Program-made: the position numbers and the translations under genes
Part shown: positions 27,400-40,274 of the stretch, piece by piece
How the letters are laid out: the number at the start of each line of letters is the position of its first letter
How positions within the stretch are numbered: the stretch's first letter is position 1
Notes under the pieces: model-generated
The model's input: the letters and a program-made list of their open reading frames with translations, nothing else
Databases searched by the model: none
Told to the model about the DNA's origin: nothing
DNA from: the human T2T-CHM13v2.0 reference genome, Homo sapiens
Length of the DNA stretch: 64,000 nt
Direction: 5' to 3' (one strand)
Assembly: GCF_009914755.1 (NCBI RefSeq)
Contig: NC_060928.1

Positions 27400-28020
27400 T
27401 TTTCTATTACTAAATAATAATGAGTAGCCCAAACATGTAAACCACAGAAATGCTTACTGATTGGTATTTGAATAGTGATGGATAGATAAATATGGTTTGA
27501 TAGTTCACTGATAGATAAATATGTCTTGATACATGTACATGGTAGTTGATAAACATGAGTAAAAAGAGAGTGAACCAAACTGTATTAAAAAGTAAATGAA
27601 GATTAGATATATAAAATTGAGCAAAATAAAGCAAATTTCAGAAAATGACACATAGTATGGTAACATCTTTACAAAGCTTAAAAACAAGAAAAAATTAAAA
27701 TGTAATTTAGGAATATATGCCTTATTTCATTAGTCCTTTATCATATACTTATTAAGAGTATATTAATAGTCTGACATTATAAATTATGAAGCTAGTACAA
27801 TAGAAATTTAGACTCTAAAAATACAGCTAGATAAAACCATTTTTGAAAATGAAATAAAATGATTATCATAAATCTTTGTTTAGTAGTTAATTCTGAAAGT
27901 GAGGGAGAAAGATTGAAAGAGGGAGCATAGAAAGAGACAACGGTTGGGATGGATTCTAAATCTTAAGACGTACCAATAAATACATATTATTATTATGCAT
28001 TATAGCTAACATACAAGATA
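27400..28020 (+). mobile_element. Highly degraded L1ME-type 3' fragments
   Basis: Weak resemblance only, e.g. CAGAAAATGACACATAGTATG...AAAGCTTAAAAACAAG...TTTAGGAATATAT. Confidence 0.35.
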
Positions 28021-29977
28021 TTGATTAGTTAATACATAATTATTACATTATTACATAATACAAACCATTCAGAACGTCTTAACACAATGTCTTAATGTTA
28101 CATTTTCTTATTATATTCCTAGGCAGTCAATCTTTTATTTACAGTTAAACCCTGCAACCTAATAGAATTTCATTGTTTTGTAAAATTCTGTAAATCTCAT
28201 TGCATTATTAAGTAGTTTTCAAAATATTCTGATCTCTAACAATCACTATATTGTAGCCCCACAATTCTTAATTTTATAAAGAGCCTTGCCACAATTAATA
28301 TCCAATATTTCTTTGCCTTTTAAAAAATTGTAGTGAAATATATAGATAATAGCAACTATACACATCATTTCTAAAATAATAAATTTAATACCATGGTTAT
28401 ATATAAAGGATAAAATAAAATTAGTTATAATAAAATAATGTTAATTCTCATGAATGACTAAAATAAAATATATGATAATGAAGTAGTCAAATGCTTTATC
28501 TATTATAAAATCTTTGCAATTAGGATAAATTAAGTGGTATTTATTTTAAATATATCAAAAAAGAAAGAACAGGTTACAGTGATAGCGACTAGAATAACAC
28601 TTGTTTAGAATAAATAATTTCAATGAGACATTTGTATATGGCAGAGAGAAAAGGATAATAAGAGGAAAAAGGTAAATAGGGAAATCATGCCAAGACAAAT
28701 TACAAAGGAAATGAAGAAAATGAGAAAATATGCTATTCTTGGATATAGGGCTTATTATAAATGTAATTATTATGATAGAGAGCAGAGCAGAGACAAATTA
28801 TCACAGAAAACATATTACCTACATTGAAGCCTCTCCGTATCTCAGAAAAATATTCAGTGTTAGGTCCTTAAAAGGAACCTTAAGTGCAAATCTTAGAATA
28901 GGCAAAAGTGAGCAGGGAGTGGTCATGAAGAACCATGAATCATGAGGCTATAGAGAGGTTGTAGATATCAGAAAAACATCAGGTGAAAAAGATACAGACA
29001 ACCCCCCAAAAGAATGTAATTTTAACCTGTAATTTTAATGACATAGATTTGTTATTATTGTACAATATATTTTTTCAAAAACCTATAGAGTGTTAGTAAC
29101 AATTTAAAAACCATTATTAATGAAATTGAAATTTAGGGAAATCCTTGAATTTTGTAAGGATCACCTGTCTTAATATTATGTGTTAAATACAATTATTTTT
29201 ATCTTTACAATATTTATAATTATATTTGTAGTATTTCCTGTAGCTAAGCTAGTGCATTAAACATATTCTGAACAGGTTGAATGTTCATGATATATTAAGT
29301 AAACAAAATGTGAAAAATACATTATTCCATACATTCAAGATATTATATATTTAACCTATTTAAATTCTTCTTCAAAATATTATCCTAAATTATTGGACTC
29401 TGTCATTCAGATTCATGTTTTAAAATCTTACTGGTTATCAACTCCTTTTGATCTTGAGTGGAACATTTTGAATTTCCATGCATTCTGGAAAATTCTTCAT
29501 TGTGAAGGAATCTTTTTATTATGGGGTGCCAAATGGCCCATGCCTACAATTTTTTCAGTACCATTCTCTGATCATTATGACAAAAAAATTCACACAAAGA
29601 TTTCTACAATTTATTTTACTGTGCATTAGTGTTTTAGTCAAAAACTACTGTTCTCAACAATGAATATATGTACACTTAATCTTGTTAAAGAGTCTTATCT
29701 GGAATCTCTTATATAAAGCCAGTATTTAGTCAAATGCTTTCTTTTCAGACAGAGGTTTATCTGTAAAGCCTTCCATTCTATGTTTCACATTTTACACATT
29801 ATTTGATTATATCTTGTTAATTTGGAAAACAATATATCTGAAAGAACAAAGAGTAAAATTGGAAATATTTTTAACAAAAAGAAAGTCTATACAAAATATT
29901 AAGATATTTTAAACTTTGTTAAAATTTTTTTGGGAGAGTCATTCTGTTAATTAAAAAAAATAGTGGTGGTTAATAAT

Positions 29978-30207
29978 TGTGGAAAGGAGATCAATGGTCT
30001 TCCAAAGACCCTTAAAGAGGTAACCTTCCTAATTCCTAATCCCTATGAATATGTTAGGTTACATGCAAAAGGTAATTATGGTTGATTTTAACCCGGTGAG
30101 ACTAATGATAGATTGCTGATATACAAAGCTATAAGATTATAAATGCATATTGTTTTAAGTCACTGAGCTTGTGATAATTTGTGACTGAAGCAAAACAAAT
30201 ACGATTA
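29978..30207 (+). mobile_element. Internally deleted MLT1D/E-like LTR
   Basis: CCTATGAATATGTTAGGTTACATGCAAAAGG joined to CTATAAGATTATAAATG...TTGTTTTAAGTCACTGAG..TGTGATAATTTGT. Confidence 0.7.
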
Positions 30208-30276
30208 TTAGTATTTCTAACACCTTTAGTAAAGCTAATAAAATGGTGACTCTCTCATGGGATCATATCTTTTTCT

Positions 30277-33200
30277 ATGTATACAATCATATCATCTGCA
30301 AATAGGGATAGTTTGACTTCTCTTTCTCTTATTTATTTCTCTTGCATGATAGCTCTGGCTAGGGCTTCCAGTACTATGTTGAATAGGAGTGGTGACATAG
30401 GGCATGCTTGTCTTATTCCAGTTTTCAAGGGGGATGCTTCCAGTTTTACCCATTCAGTATGATGTTGGCCGTGGGTTTGTCATAAATGTCTCTACTTATT
30501 TTGAGGTATGTTCCTTCAATGCTTAGTTTTGAGGGTTTTTAACATGAAGGGATGTTGAACTTTACTGAAAGCCTTTTCTGCATCTATTGAGATAATCAAG
30601 TGTTTTATATTTTTAGTTATCTTTATGTGATGAATCACACTTATTAATCTAGGTGTGTTGAACTGACCTTGCATCCCAGAGATAAAGCCTTTTTGATCAC
30701 AGTGGATTTGCTTTTTGATGTGCTGATGGATTTAGTTTGCTAGTATTTTGTTGATAATTTTCACATCTATGTTCAAGGATATTGGCCTGAAGTTTCCTTT
30801 TTCATTTTGTGTCTTCCAGGTTTTGGTATCAGGATGATGCTGGCATCATAGAATGAGTTATAGAAGAGTGCCTCCTCAACAATTTTTTGAAAAAGTTTCA
30901 GTAGGAATGATACCAGCTCTTCTCTATACACCTGGGAGAATTTGGCTGTGAATCTGTCAGGTTCTTGACTTTTTCTGGTTGGTATCCTTGTTATTAGTCA
31001 TTCAGTTTCAGAATTCATTATTGGTCCATTCAGGGATTCAATTTCTTCCTGGTTGAATCTTGAATGATTGTTTGTTTCCACGAATTTGTCAATGTCTTCT
31101 TGGTTTTCTATTTTGTGAGCACAGAGGTGTTTACAGTAGTCTACAAAGGGTATTTTTTTTTTATTATTTCTGTGAGTTCAGTGATAACATCTCTTTGTCA
31201 TTTCTGATTGTGTTTATTTGGATTGTCTCTCTTTTTTTTCTTTATTAGTCTAACTAGTGGTCTATCTATCTTATAATTCTTTCAAAGAACAAACTCGTGG
31301 ATTCATTAATCTTTTGTATTTCTTTTATGTCTTGGATTCCTTCAGTTCAGCTCTAATTTTGGTTATTTCTTGTCTTCTGCTAGCTTTGGGGTTGGTTTGT
31401 TTTTGTTTCTCTAATTCCTCTAGATGTGATGTTAGGTTGTTAATTTGAGATCTTTCTCACTATTTTATGTGGAAATTTAGTGCTATAAACTTGCCTCCTA
31501 AAATTGCTTTAGTTGTTTGCAGAGATTCTGGTATGTTGTATCTGTGTTCTCATTAGTTTCAAAGACTTTCATGATTTCTGTCTTAATTTCATGATTTACT
31601 CAAAAGTCATTCAGAAGCAGGTTGTTTCATTTCCATGTAATTGCATGGTTTGAGTCATTTACTTGGTATTAATTTTAATTTTTATTGTGCTGTGCTTTAA
31701 GAGTGTGGTTGGTATATATTTTTTTAATTTACTGAGGACTCTTATGTTCAATTGTGTGGTCAATTTTAGAGTATGTGCCATGTGCAGATGAGAAGAATGC
31801 ATATTCTGTTAGTTTCGGGTGGGGAGTTTTGCAGATGTCTTTTAGGTGCATTTGGTCAAGTGTTAAGTCCTGATTATCTTTGTTAGTTTTCTGCCTCTAT
31901 GATATGTCAAATACTGTCAGTGGGGACTTGAAGTCTTGTACTCTTATTGTGTGGTTCTAAGTCTCTTTGTAGGTCTCTGAGAACTTGCTTTATGAATTTG
32001 GGTGCTCCTATGTTGGATGCATATATATTAATATTTAGGATAGTTAGGTCTTATTGTTGAGTTGAGCTATTTACCATTATGTAATGCCCTTCTTTGTCTT
32101 TTTTTTTGTATCTTTGCTGGTTTGTAGTCTGTTTTGTCTAAAATTAGAAAAACGACCATTGTATTTTCTATTTTCCATTTGCTTGGTGGGTTTTTCTTCA
32201 GTCCTTTACTTTGAGCCTATGGATGTCATTGCATATGAAATGGGTCTCTTGAACAAAACACAATGTTGGGTCTTGCTTCTTTATCCAACTTGCTACATTG
32301 TGCCTTCTAACTGGGGCATTAAGCCTGTTTATACTCAAGGTTAGTATTGACATGTGCGGATATCCTGTCATCTTGTTGTTAGCTGGTTATTGTGCAGACT
32401 TGTATGTGATTGTTTTATATGTCAATGGTCTAGGTACCTAAGTGTGCCTTTGTAGTGGATGATAATGTTCTTTCCTTTCCATATTTTGCACTCATTTAAG
32501 GACCTCTTGTAAGGCAAGTTTGGTGGCAACAAATTTCCTTAGCTTGTCTGAAAGGGATCTTATTTCTTCTTTGCTTATGAAGCTTAGTTTTTCTGGATAT
32601 AATATTCTTGGTTGGAAATTATTTTCTTTAAGAATGACAAATATAGACCCCCCAATCTCATCTGGGTTAGGGTTTCTGCTGACATGTCTATTGTTAGCCT
32701 GATGGGGTTCTCATTGTAGGTGACATGCCCATTCTCTATAGCCACCTTTAACATTTTTCTTTCGTTTTGATCTTGGAGAATCTGATGACTATCTGTCTTG
32801 GAAATGGTCTTCTTGTGTAGTTTTTCCCAAGAATTCTCTGCATTTCCTGAATTTGAAGAATGGCCTCTCTAGCAAGTTTGAGGATGTTTTTTTGGACAAT
32901 ATCCTGAAATATGTTTTTCAACTTGCTTGCTTTCTTTCTCTCTATCTCTTTCAAGAAAACCAACATGTCATAGATTTGATCTCTGCATAAACCCATATTT
33001 CTTGGAGATTTTGTTCATTCTTAATTTTTTTTATTGTTTTTATCTGACCAAGTTATTTTGAAGAGCCAGGATTTCAACAGCCTATGGCAAGAGTGAGTGG
33101 CTCTTCACCTGCTCAACTCATCCCTTCCCCGCCAGTCTCTGGTGGTCAGGAATGAGTCCAGGTACATAGCAGCCTCCTTTCAGAGTTCTCACCTTCCTCC

Positions 33201-33350
33201 CCCTTTAGCCCACTATCTGTGTCCCGCATCTTTCAACTCTCCATGCCTTCTCTCTGAAGACCTCCTTTGAGTGTGATGGTCTTCCAGATGTCCCAATCCC
33301 TCAGCAGGAGATGTTCCTCCTGGCTGCATCTAGTTGACCATCTTGCCTCT
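30277..33350 (-). mobile_element. Old primate L1 (L1PA13-16/L1PB-like): 5' terminus, partial ORF1, and ORF2 endonuclease to mid-RT; inactive
   Basis: ORF 32748-32996 gives ORF1p-like KNIFQDIVQKN..LAREA..QIQEMQR...RQIVIRFSK; 30278-30304 reads FADDMIVY (RT) on the minus strand; 33310-33350 reads GAGGCAAGATGGTCAACTAGATGCAGCCAGGAGGAACATC (L1 5' start). Confidence 0.93.
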
Positions 33351-33499
33351 TCTTCTTTTTCAATAACTTCTGTCATGGCTTCATTTGTCTGTTATCCATT
33401 ACAATTAAACAATTAAAATAATTGTTTACACAGGCATTATGTATTTTCTCAGTTCATAATTCAATTGCAATATATTAATATTTGGATTTCTGCCTGATT

Positions 33500-34640
33500 A
33501 TTCTGTTAAGTGTCATCAAAACTATCATGTCCCCAAAGTTATTGGTCAATTCTCTGGCTCATCTTATTTGGCCACTCAGTATCCTTTAAAGTAAATGATC
33601 ACTTCCTCATTCTCAAAGCTTTCTTACCTTTGGTGACAGTTTTAGTTTTGGTTCTGCTGAAAATCATATAATTTGAGACAATGGCTTGTATCAAGGCAGT
33701 TTAGGAAGGAGGTAGTTCTCAAAGGGCAGGACTGAAGGAATGGAAAGCATGAAGCAGGGGAGAAAAGTAAAGAAGGTGAGGGTCTATTAGTTATCCGCAG
33801 TCAGCAATGGTGGCCCAATTTTGCTCGAATCTCTGAGAAGTATAGTAAACATCTCCCAGACTGGCCCATCTGAAAGACTGGAGGCTGATGGATCTATGTG
33901 TGGGTTGTAGATTACCCCAGTGCAACGATGCTTACTTTTCTAACCTGTATTATAAAATGATCAGCTGATATCCTGTGGCATCCAAGGAGACCCTGTGAAA
34001 GGCATACAGAGCATGTTAGAGGCAGAATGCTAGTGTTGGAGGTGACTCAGATGTATCTACCACAGCCCAGGACTGAAAGTGGAGTTGAGCCCAGGGAATG
34101 TTTCCAGACACTTCACTCTTGAATTTTCAATGACTTCTCTGGTGATTTCTCTTCAGTTTCATTTTTTTTTTGTAAGTGCCTCCTCTTCAATCTTTGTATG
34201 ATGTAATTTCCCATATTTAACCCTGTGAAATATTTTCTTTCATTTGAAATTCTCTAAAGTTAGTCTTATCCCTTCCCGTTATTTTACATACCATATTTCT
34301 GCTGATGACTCAAAACATTTTATCTCCAGGAAAAAAAAAAAAGCAAAGCAACTTCTTTAATTTGGACTCATCTATATGAGCACATTCTTTGCATTTTTAA
34401 ATGAATTTCTCACAGCCATTTTAAACACAGCATGATCAACCTAGACTCTTGAAACCCATCGCCCTCACATACCTAATCCAACCTTCTCCTTAATAGATAG
34501 CAATTCCATCTACCCAGTAATAGAAGTCAGAACTTTAGACATGAGCCTTGACTTCTTTTATTTACCCCCACAAAAAAAAAGTTTTTATTTCTTCAAAGTA
34601 TGTGTAGCCCGCTCATCTCTCCTTCATCAGTATTATCATC
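33500..34640 (+). mobile_element. L2 fragments interrupted by an ERVL-class LTR
   Basis: GATCACTTCCTCATTCTCAAA..., GCTGATGACTCAAAACATTTTATCTCCAG, CAATTCCATCTACCCAG..GAAGTCAGAACTT. Confidence 0.65.
33635..34100 (-). mobile_element. LTR16/LTR33-like ERVL LTR
   Basis: TGAGACAATGGCTTG..TCAAGGCAGTTTA..GGAGGTAGTTCTCAAAGGGCAGGACTGAAGG...GCAATGGTGGCCCAAT resembles antisense LTR16. Confidence 0.6.
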
Positions 34641-36047
34641 CTATAACAAATAGAAGAAATATTTATCATGTTAAATATTCTGATGAGAAAATAAATTACT
34701 TTTTTTTCACTTTGGTGTTGTTTCTCTTTCTTCAGGTCTTTCTATAATACATGAATAGCTGGTCAAATATATCAAAAGAAGAAATATCTATCAAACAATT
34801 TTTGCTTTTAATGAGAGTCTGTCACATGTTTGTATCCAACAACAACAATATTGAGGTACTATGGTATTTTGTATACAATATACATTAGAGCTTATTAAGT
34901 GCAATATGTGATTAGAATATACAGCTACATGTTAATACCTAAATATATAAATGTATACAGCCAAAACATTTCACCATGCTCATCTTTTAGTACAAGTAAA
35001 TTATCTAAATATTAGTCAGCTCTCATTAAAATTAGTCACATAAATTTTTTGAAAGTAGGTTTTCCATCTCCCTTCAGATATAAAACATTTAAATATTTTT
35101 CTCATTTTAAACAGGGACAATATTTTAGATCAAATACGAACATTCCTGACAATGGGATTTGAATATTCTTTCTCGATAATTTAGAAAGGTAAACTGTTTT
35201 AAGTGTTTTCTAAGCAGACTGAGACAAAGAATAGTTGCTTTTTCAGGAATTTTGGTCCTCTCACGCATATATGTACTTCAATAATAGTTACAAAATTTTT
35301 ACAACTTACTTTTGACAAAATCTTTAAATCAGATAGGTGAAACTTCAGTTTGAATGAAATCACGAATTCCAATTCCTGCCCAACTATAGGACAAAAATCT
35401 TTAGATAAAGATTGATATTTATCTCACCAAAAAATTCACCTCTTTTCCAAGGTTTTAGCTCATCAACATAATTGAATCAAAATGTTTTACTCACAAAATG
35501 TTTTTTATTATTCATTTTTAAGTAGACAAATGCTAGATTCCATAATAAAACTTTTTGTGTGATCTTTAGTTTTGAATTATCTAAAGTTTTAGATTCATTT
35601 AGTAGCCCATCTTATGGCCAAATGCAGGAGCTTGTCAAATTTAGGAAAGGAATCTCAAAGAACTGGTAATTATTTGAATAATGACAATTGCTATTCTTTA
35701 AGAATTAGATTATTTTTTAGAAATTAACTGAGAAATATAAACATAAATAAAGTGAAATTTGAGTGCATCAACTGTTTCTTCAGTTGATTCATGATGAACT
35801 ACAATACATAAAGGTCAAGACAAAGCTTTAAAAGAGAACGATAATAATACATTTTCTAGAAAATTTGTAATCGAGGAGAATTAATGGTGAATTTGCAACC
35901 TGTTACTTCTGCCATAGTCTTAGGAGGTGATCAGCTACACTCTTGAAAGTTCAACCAGTAATAGGTAAAAACTCTGATGATCTCAAACTTAGGTTAAAAA
36001 CTCATAGAAATGTTGCTATTTTTGGGTTGAAAGCATAAAGCATCAAA

Positions 36048-36245
36048 TTCTATTAGTGACTAAGTGACTTCTTAGGTTGGTAAATTTTGCAAATTCTCTG
36101 TCTCTTAGTTTTGTCATCTGTAAAATAGAAGCAATAATAATAGAAACATTATTACATTTGTTTGAATTAATTGATATTGTATATGAAGGACTGTGTTTGT
36201 ACTGTATATAAAAAATTCTTGGCACATGGTAAGCAAAAGTATAAG
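36048..36245 (+). mobile_element. MIR
   Basis: TTCTCTGTCTCTTAGTTTTGTCATCTGTAAAATAG...CTTGGCACATGGTAAGCA. Confidence 0.75.
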
Positions 36246-36552
36246 AGAATTGATATGACAAATATCTAAAAATTAAATTAAAATATATCTGAATAATTTA
36301 AGTATAAATCAACATTTGTATAATATACTGTAATTTCTCAATGATGTCAGAAAGAAAAATACTTTAGAAAATTAAACATTTATTTATTTAGAATAACTGA
36401 TGGAGGTTATGTTAGTATAGGATTATATTATGTATATTTAAAGTTATTTACTTTTTAATACTTAATATATTTATACAATACAGGAAATTATATACATATA
36501 TTTTGCACTGTAGTTTATTAACTTAAAAATTCATTTTGGATATAAATCCAAA

Positions 36553-36612
36553 ATATGTGTACACATGTATACACATACATATACATATACTTATACATAT
36601 ACATATACATAT
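36553..36612. repeat. (CATATA)n-like simple repeat
   Basis: ACACATACATATACATATACTTATACATATACATATACAT. Confidence 0.8.
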
Positions 36613-36979
36613 GCTTTTTGCTCTAATGGTTAAATAGTATTTCATTGAATGAATTGGCCAAATTTAATAAGCCAGTTTCCTACCTATCTATATAATTAGA
36701 CATTTAAATTTAGACATTTAAAATTTTTCCAATCATTGGTTAATAAAGTCAATGGACACAGGTATATACACAAATATGATGGTTCTTTATTAGCACAGTA
36801 ATTTTCATTCTAACATGTTTTCAAATTTTTGATTATTGCTAATCTTATAGGCACAAAACACTAAATGACTCCAGTTTAACTTAAATTTACCTTATAAAAT
36901 GAGTTTTAATATTTCTTCATGTGTTTAAATATTTGCCACTTATTGTTCATATTATTCATTGTTCCAGTAAATTGCAAAT

Positions 36980-37110
36980 GTATTCCTTCTTTCACTTGTT
37001 ACTTATTGAATAACTATCATGAGTCAGGTCCTATTGTAGGTACTGAGGATATATCAGTAAATAAAACAGATATAAAAGCTCCTATACTTATAGTGCTTAT
37101 GTTTATCTAT
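36980..37110 (-). mobile_element. L2 3' end
   Basis: TTATTGAATAACTATCATGAGTCAGG..CTATTGTAGGTACTGAGGATATATCAGTAAATAAAACAGA. Confidence 0.7.
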
Positions 37111-37353
37111 TGCATTGTTAGCATTTTTAATTTTAACTTGTCAGATATTTATTATGTTATATTTTTTCAATTTGTCATAGCCATCACATACACTGATAAT
37201 CACCAAAATGTGGACATAATTAGGTAACATATGTTATTTACAATAGCAAAACAAGATAAATATCTGGTAATAAAACTTTGAAAATTCGTCATGTTTATAA
37301 AATGGTCTATGAAATCTTTAAAATGCTAGTGAGGGATAAAAAAATTGATTTAA

Positions 37354-37703
<350 letters not shown>

Positions 37704-37869
37704 TCACATGGATGGAAGTTTTCTCTGTTATTGTACAAATTAAATAAAACTCAATAAAGTCAAAATAGGAGTTTTGGTAGTATACAAGAAGATCTTAAAG
37801 TTCTTATTAAAGATTTTTGAAATAAGAATAATCCAGAAAAAATGGCAAAGAAATGATAGAGAACCAGTT

Positions 37870-38750
37870 CTGCAAGACATTTTTCCATTTAATTCAACAG
37901 TCTGGCCCCAGTTAAAACTGAAAACCATATGGACTCTAGTGGATAACTGTGGACTACTATAAGCTCAACCAAGTAATAACATAGTACCTCTAATTACATT
38001 TGCTATTCCAGATATGGTATCTTTGCTACAGAAGATCAATATAGCTTGAGATATATGGTATGTGGCCATTGATTTCGTAAAGTCTCCTTTATTTTTTCTT
38101 TCTAATCAAAAAAGGAGATGGGAAACCATGTGCATTTAAGTGCCATGGAAAGAAATATACACTTACCATTTTGTTGCAGAGTTTTGTTAACTCTGTTGTC
38201 CAAAGTCATAACACAGTCTGTTGATATCATATCTCTGTGAGATATGACAATGATCTTCTATATTAATGACATTATATTTATCAGGTTGAATGAATAAGAA
38301 GTGGTTAAATAAGAGGCCTTTGTAAGACATCTGAGTTCCAGAGGATGGGAAATTAACTATAGCACATTTTCAGGGGCTGATCATATCTATAAAATGTTAG
38401 GGATCTATTGGTCAGGGGCATGTGAGGACATCTCCTCAGAGTAAAAGACAAATGCTTCCATCTTGCAAGTCGTGAACAAACAAATGAAGCACGAAGCCTG
38501 GCAGGCCAGTTTGGTTTCTGAAAGCAGCATTACTTCACAACAAGGATTACTGTTGTGACTCAGAAGCCAGATGATGTGACAGCAGATACCTTTGAGAGGA
38601 GCTCAGAGTAGAAAAGTGCTCTGTCACATGTCCAGGCTTTGCTGCATGTAGTCCTACTGCTTGGATCATAAGATCTGGAAAGCCCTAAGCTGTGGAAAAA
38701 GCTGCCAAGTCCAGTTTATACCAAGCTTTGGTGGAAAAGTTATAGAAGTT
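37870..38750 (+). mobile_element. ERVL internal pol remnant (reverse transcriptase), pseudogenised
   Basis: Manual translation across stops and frameshifts: PFNSTVWP, TVDYYKLNQV, AIPDMVSLLQKIN..*DIWYVAID, YTLTILLQSFVNS, FYINDII (YIDD-equivalent at 38259-38270); collinear with HERV-L RT. Confidence 0.9.
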
Positions 38751-38911
38751 GATTATTAGTAAATATCTGCCACTAAAAACTCTGTCTTGGCATTTGCATA
38801 CCAAAACCTCAATCTGTGACAATAATTTGTATGTGACAAAAAATATAGATTTTTAAATTAATATGTATGAAATAAACAAATGGGTACATTAATGAATGAA
38901 TAACACTGGCT

Positions 38912-39605
38912 TGATGGTTTTATAATATGTCATTGTAGATAGACTAAACTACATTATCAGAATTCTCTTTCTTATATGTTTCCAGTTAGGGTAGGCCACA
39001 AGAGATTCTTGTGGAAGGCAGAAAGAAAGAAGCAGCCATTTTATAGTTATCACGTGATGCTCCTGATCTGTGGGCCCATTGCAGGAACTGTGATAGATCT
39101 AACCTCCCAGAATTCTCTTCAGTTTTCCTAGCTCCTGAGCTTGATGTGGATGTTTTATTACCTTGACAAAGGCCCTTGCTTCTGCAGGATCAGACACCAA
39201 GAATGGATGCAAATTTCAGTCTTAGGATTTCGGCTTGCGCCAGCAGGATTCCAGCACATTCCTAATCTTCTCTTTCCTTCTTAATCAGCCCCCACAATTG
39301 CATAAGCCAATTCTCAATCACAGATGTATATATCTATCTAATACATACACACACACACACACACAAACATATACACACACATATATGCAAATATACACAT
39401 GCATATTTATAACGTGTGTATATGTGTAACAGATACACAAATCTATTCAATGTACACACACATAAACATGTATACACATATACACATATATGACATACAC
39501 ATATGCATACATATAAATGCATGCATATGAAATAAATAACATATACATATGGATGAATAGATAGATATAGTTTTCTGGTTATATTTCTTTGGATGAACCC
39601 CAAAG
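38912..39605 (+). mobile_element. ERVL-class LTR (MLT2-related; family unresolved)
   Basis: TGATGGTTTTATAATATGTCA...CTAAACTACATT..CAGAATTC...GGGTAGGCCACAAGAGA; TA/CA expansion before an end TTCTGGTT..ATTTCTTTGGATGAACCC, as in MLT2-type LTRs. Confidence 0.6.
39326..39570. repeat. (CA)/(TA)-rich low-complexity expansion
   Basis: About 240 bp of ACAC/ATAT/ATGC mosaic. Confidence 0.9.
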
Positions 39606-39704
39606 GAATCAATGAACAAATCAACCTTAGAGATCATTCAAATATAGGATAGCTTGCACAATGTTAGGGGAAAACCTTCCACTAACATTTGAAGTAGTAC
39701 TGTA

Positions 39705-40274
39705 CACTTCTTCAAAATATGAGGCAGATCACATTACTCTTTTCCAGTCAGAGCACAAGCCCTTACCTTACAGTGACCTACACAGCCCTACATGATCTGA
39801 TTCCCCATTACTTCCTTCACGTTGCTGACTACCCATCTCCAGCAATGCAAGCTATTCCCGGTTGTATTGACCTCCTCCATCTTTTTCAAATTTTACACAT
39901 ATGTATGGCTCAGATTCTTTGCACTTGATGTTCTTTTTTATCCCTGAAGCTCAGTGTTCACAGATACCCATCTTCATGTCTCCCTCTCTCCCTCCCTTCA
40001 AGACAGATCCATTGTCACCTACTTGCAGACCTTGCCCAACCACCTGTATAAAATAGCAATTCTGTCATTATTCATTTTTTCTCCATAGCATGTATCTCCA
40101 TTTTATAAATAATGTATCCATTTGTTTATTTATTTGTTATCTAACCTAAGTAGAATTAAAACACCATGAAAATGCAGACATTGTCTATTGTTTATTTTTG
40201 TATCTTCAGTGGCTACAGCAATATCTAGCATTTAGCCAATACTTAATGATTATTTTATTGAATGAATAAATGAA
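39705..40274 (+). mobile_element. L2a 3' region
   Basis: CAGATCACATTACTC...GCCCTACATGATCTG...CTTTGCACTTG...TTTATTGAATGAATAAATGAA tail. Confidence 0.82.

Noticed and set aside
27481-27531. GATAGATAAATATG..TTGATA direct repeat
   Set aside because: Short low-complexity duplication in degraded L1-like DNA with no sign of function.
32748-32996. ORF with real protein similarity
   Set aside because: It is a fragment of L1 ORF1p in a broken element, not a host gene.
39235-39637. ORFs rich in C/V/Y or T/H
   Set aside because: Translations of (CA)/(TA) simple repeats.
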